64,000 nucleotides of DNA from the human T2T-CHM13v2.0 reference genome, Homo sapiens: assembly GCF_009914755.1 (NCBI RefSeq), contig NC_060926.1; one strand, 5' to 3'. The number at the start of each line of letters is the position of its first letter. Position 1 is the stretch's first letter. The notes under the pieces are model-generated. The model saw only the letters and a list, made by a program, of their open reading frames with translations. It had not been told where the DNA came from and did not search any database. This document shows, piece after piece, positions 15,666 through 30,482 of this stretch. The translations under genes were made by a program, and so were the position numbers.

Positions 15666-16107
15666 TCACTAGGATGGCTAAAGTTAAAAGCAGAAAACAC
15701 CAAGTGTTGATGAGAATATGGAGCAACTGAAATTTTTCTATATCAGAGGAGTGGAAGCATAAATTGATCTAACCACGTTGGAAAACTGCCAGGAGTAGCT
15801 ATTAAGTCTGAACTTTTGACTTAGCAATTTCATTCCTAGGTACTTACTTAATAGGGCATATATGTGGTGTACTAAAAGATATATTCATGAATGACCATAG
15901 CAGTATCATTCATTATAGCCCCAAACTGGAAACAGTTCAAGTATTTATAGATAATAGAATGGATGCATACATCATACTGTATTCATAAAATGGAATACAA
16001 TGTAGGAATAGAAATTAATGTACTGTTAACCACTTAAATGCAAGCAAATCTCACATGAATAAAAGAAGTTGAACACAAAAGTATCCATAATGCATGATTC
16101 CATTTAT

Positions 16108-16199
16108 TTATTTATATATATATTTATTTATTTTTTAATGAATGCTTCATAAATTTGCATGTCATTCTTGCACAGGGGCCATGCTACTCTTCTCTGTAT
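16108..16199 (-). pseudogene. 5'-truncated U6 snRNA retropseudogene (U6 nt ~39-101) with decayed poly(A)
   Basis: Minus strand reads ATACAGAGAAGAGTAGCATGGCCCCTGTGCAAGAATGACATGCAAATTTATGAAGCATTCAT, matching the U6 ACAGAGA box, AGC triad and ISL; 18-bp TSD atgcatgattccatttat (16090-16107, 16198-16215). Confidence 0.93.
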
Positions 16200-16619
16200 G
16201 CATGATTCCATTTATATAAAGTTTGTAAACAGGCAAATCTATGATATTAAAAATCAAGAAGGTGATTTCCTTTGGGGAAGAAGGAGAGAATAGCTATTGG
16301 GAGGGGGCAGAAGGGGAGTTCTGGGGTGCCAGTCATGACCAATTTCATGCCTTGTTGGTGGTTACATGGTGTGTACACTTTGTGATAATTCATTGAGCTT
16401 TATACACTTATGATTTGTGCACTTTTTGGTATCCATTTTATACTTCAATAGAAAAAAATAGTTTCTAAAGGGAAAACAAAAACCAGAACCATCTTAAAAC
16501 CCCTGCTATAAGAAGACAAAGATGAAATATGAGTACAGAAACAACACTGGTTTTGAGTCGGTGTTGTATCCTTGTTAGATTAATGACATTAAACTTGATC
16601 AGTGTCAGTGATCACTTGA

Positions 16620-16745
16620 TCATACTTGATGTCGCTGAGCCTCAGTTTCTTCATTTATGAAATAGGAATGATATCACAATACTTTCTTAGAGGACTATTG
16701 TGAAGGTCAAATGAGAGAATGTGTACAAATGTGCTTTGAAAACTA
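16620..16745 (+). mobile_element. MIR fragment
   Basis: ctgagcctcagtttcttcattt..gaaataggaatgata core. Confidence 0.7.
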
Positions 16746-16892
16746 AAATATTTGTTTATGAGTAGTCATGCCAAAAAAATCTAAAACAAACATCACATAT
16801 AATAATACATATATTAAATGACAAAAAATTCAAGGCCATTTTTCCTTCACAATTTGTTCTCTCAAGAAATCATCTATCCCAAGCACAGCTGC

Positions 16893-17188
16893 TTTTTTTT
16901 TTGTTTTGAGACAGTATCTCTCTGTGTCACCTAGGCTGGAGTGTGGTGGCACTATCAGAGCTTACTGCAACTTCCACCTCCCGAGCTCAAGTGATCCTCC
17001 CACCTTAGCCTTCCGAGTAGCTGGGACTGTAAATGTGCACCACCACATCTGGCTAATTTTTTATTTTTTTAGAGGTAGGATCTCCCAGTCTTGCCTAGGC
17101 TGGTCTCGAACTTCTGGGCTCAAGCTATCCTCTCGCATTGGCTTTCCAAAGGGCCGGGATTACAGGCATGAGCCACCACACTCAGCCC
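16893..17188 (-). mobile_element. AluJ
   Basis: Diverged Alu; TSD cacagctgc. Confidence 0.9.
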
Positions 17189-18526
17189 TCACAGCTGCAT
17201 TTTTAAAAAGAAAAGAAATAATCTAACATCCAATTAAGAATCAGGTAACAAAGGCCTCCCATACTATTTAATCCTCATGAGTCACCAACAGATGTACTGT
17301 ATAGCCATGCAGATATGTGAGTCTACAGATAAATTTAGAAACTTTTCATGGCCATGAAATAGTGGCATCTTGATACAACTGACTTGTCTCAGTGGACAAG
17401 TGTAGGAAGCCTTTTTCTTACTTTTAATCTGGATGTCTCAGTTACAACTATTTTGGTTGCAAATAACGGAAATCAACTCAAGCTAATTTAAGCAAAGAAA
17501 GAATGTGGAGATATCTCACAAAACTCAAGGGCTTCTGGAATCAGAAACTCTCAGCCTTGGAGAATCCAGGCAGAGCTGGCTCCTTTCTCTCAGCCCTACC
17601 CCTTTAAGTCTCTCTGCTTCATTCTTCTCTCACAACTAACTGGCTCTCTCTCCTTCCCTGGGCACAGAATGGGGAAAGGTGGCCTGAAAGCTCTCTGAGT
17701 TGACAGCATTTCCTCTCAAAAGACAAGCTTAGCCTGATGGACATTTTCTTGGTCTCAAATCAAATTTCCCAGGGGAAAAAAAAAATAGTTTGGTCTGACT
17801 TAGGAAGAGTGACCACTGTGGTCTGGTCAAATGACCAGACCTCCAGTGTCATTTAGTACCAATGTGTCTGTAGGAGACCCATCGCACTGGGCAGTGGGTA
17901 AAATTTTCAGAGGAAGGGGGTTATTATCTGGGAATACACCCACAAAAGTTTTTTCTCCAGACTTTAACTGTAGTAGTTGCATCGATCAAGTTGCCTGGCT
18001 TCTGTGTCTTTTCTGTACTTTGAGGGTTGTTTCCACAACCCTTAAAGCCTATCAGATGGCAAAGGCCTTGCTATCCAGGTGATGGCTGATTGGGCCAGGG
18101 ATTAATATGTAACCCATTATAGGCCAATTATATTTTTTCTGCCAGAAATTTGGAAATGGGATGTAAAGGCTGGGTCAGTTACCCATGGGTCTTGGGTAAG
18201 GTAGAAAGTGGATGCTGGAGTAGCCATGCTGATACACATACAGAGGAGAGAAACCAGCCTCCATCTATGCGTGAGGCAGAAGCAGCTGGACAGAGAAATG
18301 GAGAGAAGAGAGACTATGTCAGCTTTTAGAAAAAGAGACTGGTTTCTGACCTCCCAGTTCCCAGTTGCAGAGACATGCAGTCTTAATCACCAACCTGTAG
18401 TTGGGTTCTATGAAATCCTCCTGTCTGTTTATTACAGATGCCTATGTAGCTAAACCAACTTAATTAGATTTATGCTCACTGTAACCAGAGGATCTGAATT
18501 AATTTGAAAACATCAATGCCTAGTGA

Positions 18527-18824
<298 letters not shown>

Positions 18825-19850
18825 TAGTGAGAGTCCTTTCTACCCCACACAGAAATGAAGTCATTTGCTTTGAGCTCTAGCCATAGTTGTACAAAAGCAA
18901 TTGCTCTTTCTGGATTTTCCCCATAAATAATCAACAAGATATGAATGGGTGCCTACCATGTTTAGCATAAAAAGCCATAACAGAAGTATGATACATGGTC
19001 CTAGCCTCTGGGACTACAGTCTAGTTGAGAAGAGACTACATAACATACCTAATACAATTAGAGACTAGCACAAAACAGTATATAATTAAGTACAAAATTG
19101 CACAGCACAAAAACATTACTACTGTAGCTCAGGAAAGAGAGAGGAGATCCTGTAATCTGTTGTGATCAGCAGAGATGATAGAGGAGGGAGAGAGGGGGCT
19201 ATAGTGAGCAAACTAGCAGGATTGCAGAAGGTGGTTCAGGTTGTTAATTGGTAGGAAATTTGCTTAAAAATATTTCTCTTATGTCTGATTACTAGCTTCC
19301 AGTTGGTGTTGAGTTCTGTTGAAGTGTTGGGAAATTATAAGACACATTGCTTTAATTTAAGTTGTTCTTTTCTATAATCTTATAGCATTTTCTATCCAAT
19401 ATACTTTCACTCACTTCAGCTTGAGATACAGAGATTAGGTTTCCTGGGGCCATTCAGCTGTTTGTCCCCATTGAGAAAGTATTTTGCAAAAAATCTAGCA
19501 ATCATGTCTAATACTTTATGTTGGTTATTCTATATTGTCCTGAATGATGGTGATTAATAGCAAACAAACCATAATACAGTTGCCCAAATATGAACAAATG
19601 TGCATATTCATGTAGCAACTGAAATTCACAAAAGTGCTTAACTTTATAATATAATCACCCCACAGTAAGTAAATAAAAGTAACACTGCAAAGTTATCGTA
19701 AAAGAAAATTGTTTCAGTGGTTGTATGTAATCTTCTAAAGCACACAAAGAAACATGTCCAGGAGAAAGTAACAAAAATATAAATACATGCTTTTATGACT
19801 TATGAAATTATTATAATTATAAAATTGACCTATAAAATTATGAACAATGA

Positions 19851-20274
<424 letters not shown>

Positions 20275-20477
20275 CCAATTTATTGATAGACAATTGAGTT
20301 CCAAAATAATACAATGAAAAACAAGCTTTGGCAGATGGCTTTCTCCCTCTCTATAGCTATTTACTGGGTCAAATTTAACCTTAAGATATAGTGATAAATA
20401 TAAATCTACGTAGAGAATTTTCTCACCTAGTCTATCCATTTTGCATCGTTTTCTAAATAGTACTCTGAAAATAATCA

Positions 20478-21922
<1,445 letters not shown>

Positions 21923-22174
21923 TAGCTGGACTACTTTATTTTGGTTTTGCCACTAACAGTAATTTTTTTAGTGGAGAGAATGAAAAAGTTGGAAGGAAAC
22001 ATTGATAAAACTGGCTAGATATGGGGAATTATATAGGAGGCTGAATGGGGAAACTGTTATGTCTTGACAGAGGTAATAAACTAGAGTGAGCTTTGGGAAG
22101 AGAAATTTTGGTTTAGGGTGTATGTATCAATCAGGATGCTTTTGGTTGCAAGTAACAGAAAATTCAACCAAAAA

Positions 22175-22495
<321 letters not shown>

Positions 22496-22719
22496 TTACT
22501 ATCACGCTTAATGAGAAATTCAAGAGTAGAGTGGTTCCAAGGTTGTTTAATTCAATAGCTTGACAGTATCATCAATGGTGAAGGTCCTTTCCACATTTTC
22601 ACTCTTTCATGCATAGTGACTTGCTCTTTGTCCTCTAGTTTGGTCCCTTCATGGTCACAAATGGCTGTCATAGCTGCAAGCATCACATCCTTACAAAATA
22701 ATAATATAGCTAAAATTTG

Positions 22720-22900
22720 CACAGTAGTTTTGATAAGCAAAAGACTGCTCTAAGTACTTTACATATATTAATTCTTTTGGTCCTCACAGCAACCCTATGA
22801 GTTGGTTCTATTATCCTATTTTACAGATGAGGAAACCAAGGTACAGGGATATTAAATAATTTGCCCAGAGTCACTAGGTAGTGAGTGGCATAACTGAGAT
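22720..22900 (-). mobile_element. MIR
   Basis: cctcacagcaaccctatgag...attttacagatgaggaaaccaagg...ttgcccagagtcac. Confidence 0.8.
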
Positions 22901-24032
22901 ATGCTGCAGGAATCTGGGTCCAAGAAAGGAAGAGTGGGTATCTTTTCTCATAGTCCTCATTCTTATGAGGATTATGAGGAACTATTCTTACGAGGATTAT
23001 GAGGAACTATTCAGGATCCTCCACCTCCAGCATATTCCCTATCAAGTGTCATTAGCCTGACTTGCCTCGCATGCACATTCCTAAACCAATCACCCGAAAG
23101 GGGGAATGATATTATCATAGATAGCTTAGACTGAGTAAGATTAATCTCTGGGGCTGGAGAGCAGCTCAGTCTCCCCCAGAGCATACCTCAATTAAGTGAG
23201 GCTCTATAGCGGGATACAAGATCGATTTAGGGGGGCTGCCAAGAAGGCAACCAATAGGAGAGAAGTGCCATGGGATGTTGAAATGGACAAATCCAGTAGG
23301 TAGCTGAGGACACATCAAGAGGATGGAGCTGGTGCTCCACACTTGGAGCTCAGATGCATTGAGGCAGTAGTTGAAGTCATGAGAATGGGACACATTTCCA
23401 AGGAAGATATCAAAATCAGCAGACTAAAAACTGAACCTTAAAAAAATTGGTGGGAGGGATGTTTGAAGCAATAAAACAAAATGTTCAGAATTGTTTAAGC
23501 TATGTGATAGGTACACAGGGTATATTATATAATACTACTCTCTAGTTTTGTGTGTGTCTGAAATTTGGAATAAAATGGTTTGAAAAAAACAAATTCAATC
23601 CCAGAGGCTTTGCAAACTCTCTCTCAATATGAAGGAGCCCCCTGTCCTTGGTCCCCAACCTCTCGGTAGACTTGTAATTCAACCCTTGTAGAAGGTTTAC
23701 ATCTACCCCCATATTTTGGGACAAGTTCTGGTCCCAGGCGGGGAGACAATAAGAAGCCCTAGTGTGCCCTCTTACTGGCTCATTTTCCAGCCGTTTTTGC
23801 TGCTGGTTGGTTCTGGTAACTCAGCTGGGAGTCTCTTGCATCCTCTCCTGTAACCATTTCTATCTGGCCTCAGAGCCTGAACTTTTCAACCCTGATCTCC
23901 AATCTTCCTATGCCCAGGTCCTGATAAGTTACCTGCCTCCAGACCAGTTACCTAATTGCGAGGATCTCTGCTTACTTGCCAGAATTAGGCCTCTATGTAA
24001 AGGACATTAAATATGGGCCTTAATACAAAACC

Positions 24033-24337
<305 letters not shown>

Positions 24338-24516
24338 AATATGAAACCTTTTAAACTAATTGCACTGAAGTCCTGCATGACTCTTTCACCAAGAATTTTC
24401 GATTTGCAGGTTTCCTACAACTATATCCCTGCATACTTGTCGAATAATAGACTTGTGATTTTACTCCTATGTTCATCTCCTTGATGTCTGCTCCATGGTG
24501 AGTCCGCTGAGATTCC

Positions 24517-24810
24517 TTTTTTGTTTTTTTGAGATGGAGTCTCGCTCTGTCGTCCAGGCTGGAATGCAGTGGCGCAATCTCGGCTCACTGCAAGCTCCGC
24601 CTCCTGGGTTCACGCCATTCTCCTGCCTCAGCCTCCTGAGTAGCTGGAACTGCAGGCGCCCACCACCACAACCAGGTAATTTTTTGTGTTTTTAGTAGAG
24701 ACGGGGTTTCACCATGTTAGCCAGGATGGTCTTGATCTCCTGACCTTGTGATCCGCCAGCCTCGGCCTACCAAAGGGCTGGGATTACAGGCGTGAGCCAC
24801 CGCGCCCGGC
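24517..24810 (-). mobile_element. AluY
   Basis: gcaagctccgcc, ttcacgccattc, gttagccaggatgg diagnostics. Confidence 0.95.
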
Positions 24811-25640
24811 CGAGCACAGTTTCACTAGCAGGAGAAAAAGAGCTTTCAGACAAGCAAACAGGAAGAGTTGCTGCAGATGTGGAAGGAACATAAGGGAAAA
24901 GTAGCGCAATGTTGCCTTTAGGTTTTTGAAGCATGAGCAAACCACCACATTGGATGAGCAAATGGCAATGCTATGATAAAGCAAAAGATGAAGAGTTGGC
25001 AGAAATGTATACTTTATTGTAAAAAAAAAAAATAACAAAATCAATGAATAATGTAAATGAATTTGGGCATAAATGCTAAACTGCTTACACAAATGGCTGT
25101 TATTAGAGTTTTCCACAGCCAAGCATATTTAAACATTTAGTAATGTTGCACCATTTATAGTTGGGCTCCATGTGAATAGTTTTCCTGATACCACCCACTG
25201 TGTTATAATCATAATCTCAATTATCTTATGTGTATGACACTCACTTTAAAACACAAAGGAGGATCTGGTTCTGAGGAAGCCAGTTTTGGCCTCCTAGGCT
25301 GTGGGGATTGCATGTAAGATGGTGATAGCTTGATCAACTTCCTCTCTAAGGAGGAAGCAGGGTTGGGGGACAGGCCCAGGCTTCAGGTCGTAGAACTGAG
25401 AAAAGGAAAAATGTCCAGCAAACTACTTGAGATCCTCCAAATGCAATTCAAGAAATACTTATCAAGCATCTATTGTGTATGATTTACAACAAAAGAAACG
25501 ATGTCCTTGCTGAATTGGAGGTTATAGTCCACAGCAGGGGTACGACCTCCTCCATGCCTTTTTTTGGGCAAAGGGTCCCTTTGGTGAATCCTGTGGATTT
25601 CTTCTCAGAATAACATTTAAAAATACATAAAGCTCATTAA

Positions 25641-25995
<355 letters not shown>

Positions 25996-27030
25996 TATGC
26001 TTCTTTATTAATGCATGAAATAACAAGATCTAGTGATGAGTATAATAATTATAATAATTTCAAAAGAGTGGTGAGTATAAATGACATCTAAAGAGATTGT
26101 GATGCTTGGTAAAGACTGGGAATCTCTGCTCTAAGCAACTTGTGACCTCGCAGTTCCCTGATTGTTTGGGCTCCCTTGCAGCTAGGGGTGATCATGTGAT
26201 TTCCTCACCCAACTTTTTCTACATTACATTTAATATTGTTTTTATTTAAAACTATATATTGGGGAATGATTTGCATTACTAAGAGACTCTAAAACTCTTC
26301 ATGTGGCTCTGGAGAAAGATGTTACGATTCCCATTTTGCAGAACAAACCAAGGCTCAGATAGCTTAGTTACTAGCTCAAGTCACACAGCTAGTTCGTAGC
26401 AGAGCACATTATGATGGTACTCAGGGTTTATGACACATTATGTTTATGATGGTAAACACCAGTTTTCAAAGTTGTGAATCTTGTTGGGCTTTCTTTAATG
26501 GTTTAGTATTTTAAGCAAATAAAGCATACAACAAAGTTAACCTTCAAATCTGTTCTGGGGTGTCTCCATACTTTTTTTTTTTTTGCTCTTGGTGATTGAA
26601 AGTATGAATGATATGGAATTATCAGCCCACCTAAATGACTGAGCTTTGTATTTGTTTTTGGGTCAACCAAGGGAAGGTGAGAAGGAAGTCAAGCAAGCCA
26701 AGAAACTGTTCTCATGCCTTTCTGTAGTTGCTTGTATTCACAGGACAAGGGTCCCTAAATGTCTTCAGTTTTTTATCCTTAGCATGGTTCCCATTTTAGA
26801 AGCTGAGGCCTCAGACTCCCTTCTGCTTACATAAGGGGTGTCAGGCAATGGAGTGTGATTAAAGAAAATTTAATTTTTTTATAAGTCACTTCAATAATAC
26901 TTCCTGCGGACTGTATGATCTCACGCTGATAATAAAGGGGACAGTGGAAATGTGAGATATACATATGTTCTCCCAACATGCAAAAGTGAGGAAATTAATT
27001 TACTTTACATCTGCCTCCATTATCCTGTGC

Positions 27031-27522
<492 letters not shown>

Positions 27523-27567
27523 TTCTCACACAAACTTGATGAGTAGGTTTTAAAAATCTGAATTGCA

Positions 27568-28382
27568 GAGGCGGAGCCGCCACCCTGCCGCGACTTTCAG
27601 TCTCCGACCATGGCCTCACGCTGGTGGCGGTGTGCCCGGCTCCCCCGGCCTTGCAGGGCCTCCAGGGCCGCGCGCCGCTGCCGGCGCCCGCGCTCAGGCT
27701 CATAGGCGGAAGGGATTCGGCTTGTCTCAGATACCCTGTTTTAGTCTTGTGAAGCGCTTAACATCTGCCTGTCCAAATGTATACAGTATATCACGGTTTT
27801 ATCACACAACCCCGAACAGTAAAACACACAGTGGTGAGAAATATACAGATCACCGATCCTTTCAAATTCGGTTGCAGAGACTTGAAAGGTCTGTATGAGG
27901 ACATTAGAAAGGAACTGCTCATATCAACAACAGAACTTCAGGAAATGTCTGAGTACTACTTTGATGGAAAAGGAAAAGCCTTTCGACCAATTATTGGGGT
28001 GCTAATGGCCCGAGCATGTAATATCCATCATAACAACTCCCGATCCGATGTCCAATTTTCACAAGCTGATTGCTGAGAAGGTTCTAGGCGGCGTCTGTTA
28101 AAAAGCATTGCTGTCTGTTAATTTGACATGTGCAAGCCAGCCACCGCGCCATAGCCTTAATTGCAGAAATGATCCACACTGCTAGTCTGGTTCACGATGA
28201 CGTTATTGACGATACAAGTTCTCGAAGAGGAAAACACACAGTTAATAAGATCTGGGGTGAAAAGAAGATACGGTTTTTTGGTTTTTTAAAATCTCTCTTA
28301 CCGAATCACATGCTTTTTGGACCGCGTTTGCTTTTTCAGATTTGTCTTATTAAAAAGTAAAATATGCTTGCTCAAAAAACAA
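27568..28382 (+). pseudogene. PDSS1P2: Processed pseudogene of PDSS1 (decaprenyl diphosphate synthase subunit 1), 5' half only
   Basis: ATG 27610 MASRWWR..., then HRRKG..LSQIP, DPFK.G.RDLKGLYEDIRKELLIST, YYFDGKGKAFRP, EMIHTASLVHDDVIDD.SSRRGK (first Asp-rich motif of trans-prenyltransferases) spread over several frames with no long introns; ATTAAA 28349-28354, A-tail from 28374, 16-bp TSD (27552-27567 / 28383-28398, 14/16). The P2 symbol is from memory and less certain than the PDSS1 parentage. Confidence 0.93.
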
Positions 28383-28594
28383 AAAAACCCGAATTGCAAT
28401 TAAGTCTTTGTTTCTGCCGTCCTTATGACGGCCTGGACAATTGTCCTATTACTAAATTTGCCCTTTTCTATAAAACATTGACAGCCCCTAACCTGAATAG
28501 CACTCTGTTGGGTCTAAGCTTAAATTGTCTGCCCAAACCATTTTACACCAAAGTAGGAAATAGGTTTAAGTTCTTTTAGGACATTCGGATTAAA

Positions 28595-28625
<31 letters not shown>

Positions 28626-28839
28626 TCCTAAGGTAAGTATTAGAATACCTCTATTACACTTTTGTTTCTCGTTTGGAGAATTAACATGGCAGCATCGTCT
28701 AATTTGATAGCTGGAGGAGTCATGTCCACTTTCCCCATCGGCCTGTTAAACCCCTATCATTCATTCTTGACTCATCCTGTGTCTTTGTGAAGCCTTTCTT
28801 GGTAAACCTATGCACAAGGAAGACCCTTTATGTCGTCAC

Positions 28840-28970
28840 CAGCCCTTGTGCATGTTTCAATTGTAGTACCTATCATCTTGTACTGCGATTGCCTAATTTA
28901 TTTTTGTATCTCCAGTTCTACATACAGTACCTGGCAAACAGTAGGCGCTCAATAACTGCGAAATGAACAA
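28840..28970 (-). mobile_element. L2 3' end
   Basis: tttgtatctccagt..tacatacagtacctggca..cagtaggcgctcaataa...gaaatgaa. Confidence 0.7.
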
Positions 28971-30251
28971 GTCCATGTCAAGAGACTAGGCTGGGAGTTT
29001 TAATATCAATGCCGACTGAGAAACAAAATACGGAAATGTCAAGGGCTGGTATAAAAATAATCTCTAATAGCACAAAATCCTCCTGAAGGGAACACCTGTC
29101 CCACTTTCTCACGTTGCTTTCCAGGTTCTTCCGACACCCCAATTTCCCGCCCACTCTTCTCCCTCCGGGGTACAGGTCAGGCAGGTATCCCAGCTCGGCG
29201 GCTCTGATAGGTCGGCGATGATTTCATTGTTAGGGAACATCCGGGCCTTTCCCCTCCCCGCAACACCTCCCCAGAGCCCGGCCTTCCCAGTTTCCCACTC
29301 TCGCGTGCGCCCCACCCGCGGCTGAAGCAAAACAACCGCCTCTCCCCTGCCCACTTCTTGTCCTCGTCTGAGTCGTCCCTTCCCGTCTCCACGCCGAAGA
29401 GAGGCGTTTAGATCCTCCAATGAGGGCCTAGGAGGACTTTCTTAGCCAATCAGTAGCCAAGCCCCTGCAATTCCGGGTGGGACCAGGCGTCCACACCTAT
29501 AGCTGGACTGCTCATTGGTCCCTTATGGCGCTTCTTTTACGCGAGGCTTAGAGGTCAAATACAAGGGGGCACGGTCCTCACAGAACGGAAAGGATCCGTA
29601 CAGACTCTCCGGGTTTGACCGTTTTCTAGGACGAACCAATCGCTTTCCAGATACTTCCCCGCCTTTTGCGCGTTCATTTGAAAAAAGCCGGTGTGACGGA
29701 CTTGGAAATTGGCTGTGACTGACCCGCAAGAAAGCCAGTGACTGGGGGTTCGGATCACGAGTTGGACCAATAAGAAAAGACAATCGCTGGGGCCGGGGCT
29801 TTGCTAGGAGGAGCGCAGGTGGGCGTTATTTGATTGACGGAGGGCTCTACTTATGGCTGGTAGCGGGGGCTGGTCCCTGACGTTCGGGAGGTAGGACCTA
29901 GCGGAGGCGGGGCCGAATAAAGTAAATGGTAATAAAGGGTTGGGTCTCACTTAGTGGGCGGTGTTTGATGGACAGCTGACCTTGCCTATTGAAAGTAGCC
30001 ACTGATGCCCAATGGGAAATTAGAAACCCAGAGGCGGGGCCGGGTGGGCGGGGTAAACGAAGTACGGAGGTGCCGAGGGAGCAGCACGGGGAGGGGGAGC
30101 GGTGATTGACAAGACTCCCAGCAAACCGGGGGCCGTGAGAGGGCGCGCGGCATCCCAGTGGGTGGCAGCTGGAGGCGGGGCACCCTGAGGGGCGGGGAAG
30201 GACTAGGGTGCGGGGAGGGGGTTGCAAAAGGAGCCGAGCGGCTTCTGCTCA

Positions 30252-30278
30252 ATGGCGGAAAAGCCGCCGGTGCTCTGA
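30252..30278 (+). other. uORF1 (MAEKPPVL*) in PPM1B leader
   Basis: ATG GCG GAA AAG CCG CCG GTG CTC TGA; included only if the TSS is upstream of 30252. Confidence 0.5.
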
Positions 30279-30362
30279 CGGCCTCGTTCCCCTAGCAGTT
30301 GCGGGGGAGTTTCCTGCCGGCGCGGCTGGAGTCTCTGATTCTCAGGGTTCGGTGGTTGGAAG

Positions 30363-30482
30363 ATGCTCCAGAGAGACGAGGCTGCGGCGGAGGAGGTGGC
30401 GGCGGCCGAATCGGCAACGGCGCTAGGGTGGAGAGAAGGCGGCAGCGGCGGCGGCGGCGGCGTGAGGGGCCGGGCGGTGTAA
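30363..30482 (+). other. uORF2, 39 aa (MLQRDEAAAEEVAAAESATALGWREGGSGGGGGVRGRAV*)
   Basis: ATG at 30363 with A at -3, TAA at 30480-30482; translated by hand. Confidence 0.6.
30438..30461 (+). repeat. (GGC)2AGC(GGC)5 trinucleotide repeat in 5' UTR
   Basis: ggcggcagcggcggcggcggcggc. Confidence 0.95.

Noticed and set aside
16137-16199. Functional U6 snRNA gene
   Set aside because: Lacks the 5' ~38 nt and upstream promoter, has multiple substitutions, and is flanked by a TSD.
27563-28360. Three prenyltransferase-like ORFs as a functional gene
   Set aside because: Homology is split over frames by a deletion, a 7-nt duplication and an 83-nt insert with a stop; second DDxxD motif absent; TSD and A-tail indicate a retrocopy.
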